This document shows positions 28,659 through 39,393 of a DNA stretch of 64,000 nucleotides, in pieces. Every line of letters begins with the position of its first letter. Position 1 is the stretch's first letter. Source of the DNA: Halocafeteria seosinensis (Eukaryota); the NCBI GenBank assembly GCA_001687465.1, contig LVLI01000599.1, forward strand, positions 1 to 64,000, given 5' to 3'. The notes under the pieces were generated by a model. That model was given only the letters and a program-made list of their open reading frames with translations, did not search any database and was not told where the DNA came from. A program made the position numbers and the translations under genes.

Positions 28659-31600
28659 TCATACTTCGTGACCGTTGTGTAAGTACCAGCAAATCTCTTC
28701 CGGTTCAAATGGTCGAGCTCTAAAACCATTTCCGTACATTTCAAACCCTATCATTTTATCAAGAGCAGCCAAGAAGCTACCATGAACAGGTCCCGCCATG
28801 AAAAACATGTGCTTCAACAGGGGCCGCGACGCCGTCTGGGAGTATAGTTGGCGCACAGTGTGAGACCGGGTATCGCCTCCGTGATCACACTTAGAACGAG
28901 GTTGAGGGAAGTACTCGGCAAAGTCTAGACGTGCGATGCGCTCATATAGCGTATCCCAATTGCCATTCGTCGAGTTTGTTCGTATACTTTCAGCGGCAGC
29001 TGCCTGCTGCTGGGAAGCAAAGCGGATGTACTCACTGGCGACGGTCAGCCGTGCTGAGGTGGTAGATACATATGGCGAAAGAGCGTACGCCAATCCACGG
29101 TCTGGCAGATTGGGTAACTTGCCGTGAATATTAGCCCCCAATTTACATAGTTTGCTTGCGGTATCTACGATCACATCGGGATCCTTATTCCCACTGTTCA
29201 ACTCTACGCCGCACTTCTCCAACAACCGTACCACACAAGGCAGGACCGACATCTGATCTGATCGAGTTACGACTGGACGGCCACTCACTTCACCATCAAA
29301 GTCTGTCAGAATGAGAGCGCATTGTACGTACAAGAGTAGCATGCGAGCAGAAATCCCAAGGGCAAATGGCAGACAATGTTGATGAATCATAACAGTTAAG
29401 TCCTGCCTAGTGAATTCCTCACAGTCAACGGCTCCTGCCAGTCTGTTGATGTAGTTCTCATTCACCGACCCCTTCGAGATTCCACCCAAAAGGTCGAACT
29501 CACGCGGCGACACAGGCGACTTAGGAGAGGCACCAGGCGCCCCGCTTCCTTCTTCCGTCATATAGTCATACCATTCACTAATAGCTTGCAGAAATACTTC
29601 CTCAACGAGTTCATTGGGTGATTCAAGATTTACTTTTCCGTGACGGATATAAGAACCAAAGAGAGAAAGCGTCCGAAGTGGAACGAAGTTGGCGTCCAGC
29701 GAACAATTCGGATTTGAAATGACAGCCTTGCAATACTTTCGAATATGAGGATCTCTCCCTGAGAAGGGCCCGAGATAAACTCTATTTCCAGCGTCATCTG
29801 CCACAGAAAGGATATAGTTAGAAGAATATAGACGACAGAGTGGCTCAGCAATGACCTACAGTCATTCGCATGCAAATTGTCCCATAATATTATGGGGCGT
29901 TGTAAAGCGAGGGCGATTGGTTTTAGGTCGTGCTCCGTCACATGTGGGGATACAACTAACGGGCCTGTCCAGAATATTTCGACCTGAAAATAAAATCACA
30001 AAATCAGAGGGATCTGTCGAAAAACTGTATGAAACTGAGCACACTTACCTCTTGTAGGAGTGCCCGGCCCAATTCTTCGAGGTACTCGCTTTCGGTGACG
30101 CTTGGTTTAGCCATAACATTACTGCAGAACAAGCTTATATAGGCAACACATTAACATTGTACGTCGATCGGGTTGACGGATAGAGATGCCTATGCGTACC
30201 AGTATTCAGTAGGACAAAAGAAGAACGTCATTTCGGGAAGGGCTAACTCGTCCATCTTTTGGTGTAGGTAAAGATGCTTGAATATCTCACACGCAATCAT
30301 GTTTGCAACCGATGCCTGAGCAGCAGCCACGTTACCAAACGTTTGGTAGTCATTGTGGCTTAAGTTCGGTTCGATGTCGTCGAACAAGACCGCAAAATGT
30401 GTAATGCCGACGTCGGCTACCTGGGCGACCTTCTCGCGCAGGATTTCTCGATCTTTCGAAGAGGAGTATGATATGTCCAGTCCGGGAGCTATAGCATAAA
30501 TCATCTTCGCATTGTTCTTCTCACAGCAGCGATTGTATTCTTGCAGCTCATCTAATTCGCTTTTAGTGTACCATTCCCTCCAAGCTGTTCAAAATAAGGG
30601 AACTGACTAAATTTCAGGGTGAAGGACTTTTGCAGTGAACTTACACGCTCGATGTTTCGCATCATCTTTAGGGGCATACATGTAGTACCGCATATCCCAT
30701 TGACCTAGCTTTTTAAAGAGCCAGGATCGTTCACTAGCGCTCCACGGCCTGGGAAAGAAATACGCCCTCTTAAGGGATGAAATCAACAGGCAATACAGTA
30801 AAACCAGCGTCGTACCTGTTGTAGAATCCTTCCATAACGCCTGTCTGGAAAGATGAAGGAGGGTACGGTTTAACACTGCGACACCTGCGGCTGTCAACTC
30901 TGTGTCCCAATATCACGTAACGAGTCTCCGTTCTCCAGAGTTCACACCAGCGTCCCTGTCTCAAGCCTTGATATACAGTAAGATCATTAGCCGGAATGCT
31001 CGCGTGAACACTTGCTACACCTTTGAGCTTATGCAGCTGAGTCACTATGGCTTCAGTTAGCCGCACAGTCTGTCCTTCGCGATAGGCACGAGAGTTAATC
31101 CCTGTAGTTCCAAGTACTCAACGGAGTGAATGTGCGTTCCAGAGCACAATACCACTGAAGGATACGTACCCACTTGAACAAACCCGGGGAACTCCGCCGA
31201 AAGGAAGGGATCGAGGTTGTCTTCAGTCGAATAGGTCATAGACTCACAAAGATCCATGATTGTGACACTTGACTCATGCCGAAGGTGGTTCGATACGGTG
31301 TCCCAAACCGCTGGCAGGTACTTGCTTTGCACAAATTCTGCATGCTGCGACACGGATGGTATTCCAAACGCATAGCCACAAATCCCCTTCATATTCTCGA
31401 GAACCATCACCACAACCTGGATCAACACCCATAATACAAGTTTCACACATTGATCACGCTGCTTCAACTTCATCTGCATACCTGAGGGTTCGCTAAATAG
31501 GAATCCAACCAAAGATATTCTAGAGCATTGATCAATTCATCGTCCACTCTGTGTCCAGCATGCGGCATCGTCTCTACAAAGTGTTCGACGCAAATCTTAC

Positions 31601-31853
31601 GCATGTCGCGTAATTCGTTAAGAGCTGTCTGTTCCGTGTCCTCCTTCGTTTCCTCCTCCTTCCCTTCGGCTCCATCTTCCTCATGCGTACCCGCGGCAGA
31701 TTGAGTGTCAGACAGATTCACCTTTCTCCGGACAATCTGGAGGGTCTCATCGCGTAGGGGACGTACGAAAAACAAGGGAGCTGGTGATGCCGATTCCAGC
31801 TGGTCCGTGCTCGTGCTGGACGGAGGCGTTCCTATTTCCATTTGATCGGACAT
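28659..31853 (-). CDS. OGA: O-GlcNAcase (GH84) with N-terminal GNAT-like domain, 8 exons
   Basis: GH84 motifs GVMEGFYN|RPW, YMYAPKDDAKHR, YAIAPGLD, catalytic VLFDD, FCPTEYC, FWTG, WDNLHAND|YD...YLGPFSGR, NPNC. A GNAT-like segment (GICGYAFG; FPGFVQVGIN; VILGH) lies upstream. Seven GT-AG introns. Confidence 0.88.
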
Positions 31854-32329
31854 CTTTATACAAGTTTGTCCCGATTACATTCCCCTCAACAATACATTGC
31901 TTCCTTCATTGTAAACAGTAAAGGAATGCACCTCCAGGCAGCCAACTGGCTTCTTGAAGTTGGGGACCCAACTTGTGAAGCAAGCGCGAACAAGAACTAT
32001 GTTTGCCAGTTGGAGCCCAAGGACCACTGCTTAGTCCTGTGGTGTGCGAGAGTGGGCCAGACTCGCGAGTGCTCAGACCAGTGAACAACTGGAGACAACG
32101 ACAAGAGATGCAAAGTGACACTTATAAGCAGTCTTAACTTAATTTCTTATTACTCAGCAGATAGCAGGTTGTTCCGTGATCACTAACATCCCTGTACACA
32201 TAGCAAAATGGAAGAAAAATACCATACAAGGATATCCGTACTTATTTACTCTGTGTATTCGGTTCTAAACGTGTCCTAGCGTTAAACGAGTGTTGACGAC
32301 CTTGCTCGGTTGCTATTCATCCAACGAAA

Positions 32330-32770
32330 TTATTTCTTTTGGTGACGCCTGTTGGCAACACCTCGGCTGCGGGTCTGCAAGCTCCTTGCGTAGGCAGAGT
32401 ATCTAGCCAGAGCATCCTTTCGCAGATCGGGACGGAAGTGACCGGAGTAAGTGAAGCGATTGATCGCTTTATGAGCACGAGCATGTCCATGGCAGAGACT
32501 GGTTCTCTGTTCCACTTTCTTCGGGTTGGTAGCGTTCTTGGTTACACTAGTGACCAGCTGCGGGTGTTTCTTATCAGAGGCAGATCCAGGTACTTTCTCC
32601 TGTACAACCCCCACAGTCTTGGGCTGCACGAAACCAGAGTACTTGTAGCTGTGCTGATTTCGGAGGTTATGGCGCTCACGACTGAAAGTTACTCCATCAC
32701 GCTTCACCATATGGCAGTTGTTCTTGCGAACAACATCCCAGAGAAGTTCACTTGGTGCGTTGGCAGCCAT
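32330..32770 (-). CDS. RPL28: 60S ribosomal protein eL28
   Basis: LLWDVVRKNNCHMVKR...FSRERHNLRNQHSYKYSG...FRPDLRKDALARYSA. Confidence 0.95.
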   Translation of the reverse strand: MAANAPSELLWDVVRKNNCHMVKRDGVTFSRERHNLRNQHSYKYSGFVQPKTVGVVQEKVPGSASDKKHPQLVTSVTKNATNPKKVEQRTSLCHGHARAHKAINRFTYSGHFRPDLRKDALARYSAYARSLQTRSRGVANRRHQKK

Positions 32771-33512
32771 TGTATTTATCTGAGTTGTAAGCTTCCCACG
32801 GTCTGCAAACACATCATTCAGACACCTCAATGACAAGTCTAATCAGCACAAACGTTTAAACAAAGTTTAAAAGGGATAAAATTAATCCATTTCAATTGCA
32901 TCGCACACAGTATTTCTCTCATCTTTGCCATTTAGAAGGAATACACACCAGCGATGTACTTTAGGGACTAGACCAAACCCCACCGTCACAAGTACCCCTG
33001 CGGGTCCCCTGAATCCGTTCCCCTCCCTCTTTTGTTGGTGGAGAGGGAGCTAGAATGCACATTTCAACCCTTTTCTCTAACCTAGGGAGAATGCCAAGAA
33101 CCAGCAGTGAAAAAACATGGATTGAGAAACTTACATTATTATCCCTCAAAGCCTTTATGGGGTCCGAGTTTTACCACAACACTCGTTTTTCTGCAGGTAA
33201 AAAATCGAGTCACTATTATTATGGCGAAACTATCAATAAAGATTGTTGCCTTCCCCAGGAGGAACCAAGTTGGTTCACCAACAGAACTGAAGTCGAGCCT
33301 GGACAGTAGACTGGCACTGGCAGTAGTAATACAACGTTCGCATTCCGGATTGACTTGTCGAATATGGAGTACCTATAGTTGCTGAGATAAACCACGCGGC
33401 ATTCAATGACCGGCAACCAGCCGGTCTGTGAATTTTGTTTGGTAGTTGAGCGATTTGAACCAAGCGTCCTCTGTGCAACTGGAGCAGGAATCGTCAGAAA
33501 GGAGAGAAGAAA

Positions 33513-33944
33513 ATGAGTGAGAGTACAATACAGGAGTTTCCTAATCAGACATGCTGCACGGCGCAACATGGTGAGTACGAACTCAACATTCGCGTAGCTT
33601 ATGGTGGGTATCAGTGGAATCCAACTTGCTTTCCAGGTACACACAAGCTGCAAGCATCATGCGTAGAGTTACCGAACGCAATGATGATATGGGTGGGGCC
33701 AGCAAACACCAAAGAAGCCTACTGTAGTAGCCTGGTGGCAACTGTCCCTTACGGTGAAGAGACAGCCAGTAGCCATTGCCTTGGAAGCAATGATGAGTAT
33801 ATGCAGGGTGTGTGTGCAGCGCTGGCAAGGAAGCTGAAAAAATTATTACTCATTTCGGCGGACACAAAGCAACTAGACCTTTCGGATCCCAACCTGAGAG
33901 CAGCTGTGATAAAGATTGTTAGGAAAGCCGCCGGAAAGGAGTAA
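33513..33944 (+). CDS. PSMG4: Proteasome assembly chaperone 4-like; probable in-frame intron 33571-33636
   Basis: Small protein with MMIWVG...SLVATVP...ASSHCLG...ALARKLKKLLLIS, matching the PAC4 pattern. Confidence 0.6.
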   Translation: MSESTIQEFPNQTCCTAQHGEYELNIRVAYGGYQWNPTCFPGTHKLQASCVELPNAMMIWVGPANTKEAYCSSLVATVPYGEETASSHCLGSNDEYMQGVCAALARKLKKLLLISADTKQLDLSDPNLRAAVIKIVRKAAGKE

Positions 33945-34004
33945 AAAGGACAAGGACACAGGAACGCATGTCACCATTGAATTGCGTGGTATGCAAACTG
34001 AAGT

Positions 34005-35134
34005 CTATATTGCGGCCTCCTGTAGGCCTAGATGTTTGTAGTGATAATCTTTCACGTCGACAGCTGCAACTTTCTTCCATCCGTCTTCTTTTACTAGATA
34101 CACTGCACGTAGGTGAAGAAATGAGACATAAAAGGAAGATGAAGAAGCGATGAGCTACAATTTCGATACATACCGTTGTTAGTGCCTCCAGACATTGCAT
34201 CACGGAAGGTAGCGTGGTATATCGCCCGCTTCCCGAGTTCAATGGCCTCTTCATCGCTCATGTCATATGAGTAGCCAGAGTCGAGGACACCATAAGCGTA
34301 TGTAGATCCGGATCCTACGGAGAAATATGGAATCGCCCCAGTGGCTTGTAGTCTTGTCCCATCATTATCTACAAAGAACAACTGAGGCCCTGTCTTATCC
34401 CATCCAGTGATCATTGTACCCTGTAAGAGAGAATCTTGCAACAGTATCAACCGTTGCCAGAGATGAACACCCTCAATTGCTGATAAACGTACCACTGAGA
34501 GTCCATATCCTCGGTATGGATAAAGCATCCTTGACAGTGTTTTTGAGGCAGCTGTCACCGAGATTCTTTCCCCATTAACCATTTCATGATGTCTGCGATG
34601 AATTTACAAGCTTGAAGTATATTTCATGTACACCATCATTGTTCTATGCCTCCATACCTGCAAATCATTCCAAGTCGTCTTTCCCAAAAAGCACAATCAG
34701 CCGCTCCTCCTGCCATGGTTCCGAGGAGATACGGGTTTATTTCGATCACCTTCTTCACCTGTTGTGACGCAATGTAAGTTCCTTGAGTCGATCGAGAATC
34801 GACAGAAACGAGAACCCCTCCTTTATAGCGGAAGGCCAAGGTGGTGGTCCCTTTGGCAAAATTGATCTTGTGTTCTCCTTCAGTATCTCCCTTTTTTACA
34901 TTGAATCTAGTACTACAAAAGTGGGCAGGCTGCAGTTGTAAATAATAGTGTGAGTAAAGCTCTCATCCTGCGCAAGATCAAGCTCAAAACTAGACTTACA
35001 TCACTAACTGAGGGAATCTCAAACTTGTTCGGGTACTTGTCCGAGAGTTCAGGAACATCAGGGTTGCTGTAAATAGTTTTCAACTTCTGTTTACCCCCAT
35101 CCAATGTGGAGGACAGACTTGAGGTGGACAGCAT
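34005..35134 (-). CDS. PSMB5: Proteasome subunit beta 5, 5 exons
   Basis: Propeptide, then [53 protein letters not shown]. Confidence 0.97.
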
Positions 35135-36586
35135 GATCGCGCTGGGGGAGGCTGCACTCTGTGCTTTAACTGGGTATATCCAACCCCTAAAGTCACAACT
35201 ACCGTCCTAATGAAGGGTGAAAACCGTAATCTACGATAAAACAAGAGACAGGGACGCCTAAAAGAGAATAATGATCTATAATGCACGACTGAATGCCTGT
35301 AAACCCTGAGGCAGAAGTCATCTGAGCTGAAAACTGCAAGATTTGTTTGCCGCGTTCACATTGAAGATCCCTCCGATTCGGCCTTCCCTGCATTCTTCCC
35401 TACAGGATGCCCCCTCTGTGTCGCTGCCCTGTTTTGGGGGATGGCAAGATCTTCCCCACCGCGATATCATACCCTCCTACAGTATATCAGGCTCCCTGTA
35501 TGGACAGTATCCCAATCACTTTTTTGCATTTCGATTGAGAGAAGCGTATTGTGCCAGTGCCATACGTGCTAGCTTGGAGATAGTAGCAACACACGAAGGT
35601 AAGCATCAGTGCCGCCTGTGGAATTACAGGCGAATTGTACGAAGGGTGTCATATACGAAGGGGTGCCGTGGAGGGTGTCTATCTTATTCACCAAGGATAA
35701 TGTGAGATGTATGGACAAAAAGGAGTCCCGCTTGCGCAAGCACAATGAGGAAAAGCATCGAAGAAGAACCTGACGGAGAGGAATCCACCATGCGTTCCAT
35801 GGTGGAATATAGCGCATAGAGCATGCATCTCATCTGGACCGCATGAATGCTGGATGTTTCCCCGTGATTCTGGAGAACCCTGTCCAGCCGGGGTGAACCC
35901 AGCGAGACAATGCGATGCTGTATGCAGTAGCCTTTGGAGGAGGTTGCTAGGCGTTAGCAGTTTCGAGAGAATAACAAATGAGGTTACTATGTCGTAGGTT
36001 TTGGTTTCCGTATTGTACGCACGTTCCTAGAAGAGCTGAGGCATTCGAAGAACGAATTCAAACAGGAGTTGTACGATTGTCAAAAGAGTACACTTGAAAA
36101 AGCAAATACTTCCTAATCACCGATAGCAAGCAAAATTAACCCATGTAACCAACAATAAAAGAGATACGGAAAGCTAGAGCAGGCTAGATAACATAGCCGT
36201 CGATCGAATTTAGAGGAAAGCAGCAACTAGCGTGTAACATACATAGAATGGAAGAAGTGCGTAACATAGAAACGGATACTGTGTAGCACGGGCTATTCGC
36301 TACGGACTACAGCAGACATTAACGTCACAGTACAGTCTACGATCCCTGTGAGATTGAGATATAAGATATGGTTATATTGCCTAAAACACGGCTCTAGTTG
36401 ATCATATGTAGTAACCGTCGAGCGGTGGAACTCCTTTATCCTGGGACAGACCATGTTGGCCTGAGGCGCCCTTCAGGCATTCTGTGTATTCTTTCTACTC
36501 CGAAAGTGTTAGTGCAAAAATATTAATGTTAGCATGTTTACTCTGCAGGAGCTTTTATAGGAGGAAGAAGGAACATATATAGCAAC

Positions 36587-37938
36587 ATGTCTGACAAAGG
36601 TAGGTATCTAGTGTGGTTCTCTGATGTTTTCATCGAAATCTTACGTGCGCCCAAATATGTTTAGCGGTCGCAGAGGAAGATCACAATGAAGAAGGGGCCG
36701 TGGAAGAAGAACAGCAGGTAGAGGAGGCCCGACCTGTCGAATATGGCGAGGTGCATGAAGCCGAACCTTTAGGGGATCAGCAAGTGCCGGATTCGGGAAA
36801 CTATGGCACGTCGGACTATTCCTACGGAGCACCGGCACAGAATCAACCGCAGCAACAACAACGTCTCACAGTGGATGATGATGTGGACATCGAAGCAAAG
36901 GTATGCTGGATATCTGGTGCAAACTCCGAAGGTAGTATTTAAGTTTTTCACTGTCTCGAACCGTGGTAGCAGATTTTTGTAGGAGCCTTGTCTTGGAGCA
37001 CAACTGAGCAAAAGCTAAGAGATCATTTTGGACAATACGGCGAGGTGGTTGATGCAACAGTAATGCAGAACCGCGCTACGGGAAATCCTCGAGGATTTGG
37101 GTTTGTACGGTTTCGCCATGCTCCAACTGTTGACGAAATACTGAAACACGACCACTACCTTGACGATCGCAAAGTTGATGTTAAGAAATCACTTCCAAAG
37201 AATCAGGCCCCACCCGCTATTGGAAAGGAAGTACCTTCAAATGGACCTCCTTCTGGTCCCACAGATCCGTATAAGATTTTTGTTGGAGCTTTACCTCAGG
37301 ATCTTGACGACGAGGGTATGCGTCAGTATTTTAGCAAATATGGAAACGTTGAGGACTGTGTCGTGATGCGTGATAAAAATACCAACAAGAGCAGAGGATT
37401 TGGTTTTGTTACCTTTTCAAATTCTGCAGCCGTTGACAAGACGTTGAGTGAACCGCATACAATCCTTGGCCGTCAGGTTGATGTGAAGAAAGCTCACCCA
37501 AAGGGCAGCAATGATACTTCTAATTTTGGTGGACGTGGAGGCGGTGGAGGTCGCGGTGGTGGCCCTCCTAGAGGCCCTCCCGGTGGATATGGTATGCCTC
37601 CATATGGAGGATATGATCCCACTGGCCAGATGCCCCCACCTATGGGGATGATGGGTGGCTACCCTCCGTATGCTCCCCCAATGGATCCTGCCATGGCTTA
37701 CTACGGTGGCTACGGGGCAGACCCCGCGGCAGACTATGGAATGTACGGTGGTTACGGAGGATATTACGGTGCTGCGTATGGTGCTGATTATATGTATGGA
37801 GGAGACTATGGCGGCCCACCACCGATGGGTGGCATGGGCCCTCCTCCTGGTGGTCGTGATGGAGGTGGATACGGTAGTAGCCGTGGAGGTGGCCCATACA
37901 GAAACCCAAGATCGAAGCGCGGACAGAAGCCATATTAG
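36587..37938 (+). CDS. Two-RRM RNA-binding protein (hnRNP A/B, Musashi, Hrp1-like) with G/Y/P-rich low-complexity tail, 3 exons
   Basis: Two RNP2 motifs (IFVGAL) and two RNP1 motifs (RGFGFV); C-terminal GYG/PPM repeats. Confidence 0.9.
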
Positions 37939-38257
37939 AGTTGTTGTTTAAACCATGCGTGGTGTACAACTCGTTTCTAATAAAAACTGATGACAAAACA
38001 TTGAACAACCAAGAGTCATTGACGAGTCAATGACGACTCACAAAACGGATACATCTTTTGGCGCGTTCGCCCTCCATATGAATAAGTGACGAAATACATT
38101 TGATCTCTGCGGTTTGATTATTTTAGATTTTATATTTGTTATATTAATTCATGGGCACTCTAACAACAACAAAATGTATATGTTCACCAAATGATGATGT
38201 GGCGGATAGTGCCGTAAACGCTTGTGAATTGATGCCAGCTGCATTCCACAGCAGAAC

Positions 38258-39393
38258 ATGTCCTATGCCACATACCTTCTCGTGTCCACAGTGCAGCCTC
38301 AGAAAATCTATATCGGCTGCACGAATGACCCTCGTAGACGTCTGAGGCAGCACAATGGAGAGGTACGTTCTGATTGAACACGTGCCCCCGGTAGACTCTG
38401 CGAGAATCAGCGCATTGCTTTCCTGCAGCTGACAAATGGAGCTCGACAGACGAGGAAAGGCCGACCGTGGAAATTCGCCGTTGTCGTGAAGGGGTTCCCC
38501 TCTGAGATAGCCGCCCTACAATTCGAATGGGCATGTAAGTCGTCTTTTTGACGACCTTGGATTCCCCGACCGTGAGAACTCAGTAGTGTCTGCATGCAGG
38601 GCAACACCCTTCAAAGAGTCGAGCGATTAGAGACCACACGAAAGGGTAAGTATCAGCGGCAAGAGACAAGCTGCACTAATGACGCTGTGCCACAGATAGT
38701 TGGAGAGATGAATTGCAGGTATGCATCCAAGCGGGGGTACTTGGCGAAGAGTCGTTTATTAGCCATTTTGCTCACGGTAGAACCTTGGCAACGCTACGCG
38801 TTGAAAATAGAAACGCCACTAGACAATGTCAACAAAATCGTGGCGGAATCATGTTCACCCTATACGAGCCGTAAGTTGCCATTACTCAGGTATTTGAAAC
38901 GCAACTAACAGTAGACGCCTAACAAACTATGCAGATACTTGTTCGGTAGTGTCGGACCCTGGTATTACAGAATCAGCGCCTCGACCTAGTGATGTGGCAG
39001 GACAAACAAGTATGTTGAGCTCCAGATCCATAGCCAGCTAACTGAGTTTTAGGTTTGGCCGATTAATGTTCTCTGCAGTTGTTTGCGCATTATGCTCCGA
39101 AGCTATAGAGGACGGTATGTCGATCCATACTTCGTTGAATAGTTGGAATTTCAAGACATACACGTCGTATTCTCGGTCTCGTTTTAGCAGGGAATCGAAG
39201 GGGAAAATGCCCAAGATGTATACTGAAAGTCCATCTGCATTGCCTGGCAAGAGAATCTGAGAATAGCGACTGCAGCGATCAGCCGTGCTTAATACCATCA
39301 AGGGCAGTGTGTCCAATATGCTCATACGAGTCCATATGGAGCGAATTTTGCAGGAAGTCTAAATCCGCACCTCAAATCGGTACAGACACGTAA
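38258..39393 (+). CDS. SLX1: Structure-specific endonuclease SLX1 (GIY-YIG plus C-terminal RING), 7 exons
   Basis: YATYLL...IYIGCTNDPRRRLRQHNGE; GRPW; GFPSEIAALQFEWA|WQHP; RING CALC...CPRC..VHLHCLA...LIP..CPIC...W. Confidence 0.9.

Noticed and set aside
35299..35310. TAAACCCT as a telomerase RNA template
   Set aside because: Only 8 nt, also present elsewhere (about 57696), and the nearby TATA-like word is too close to leave the template inside a transcript.
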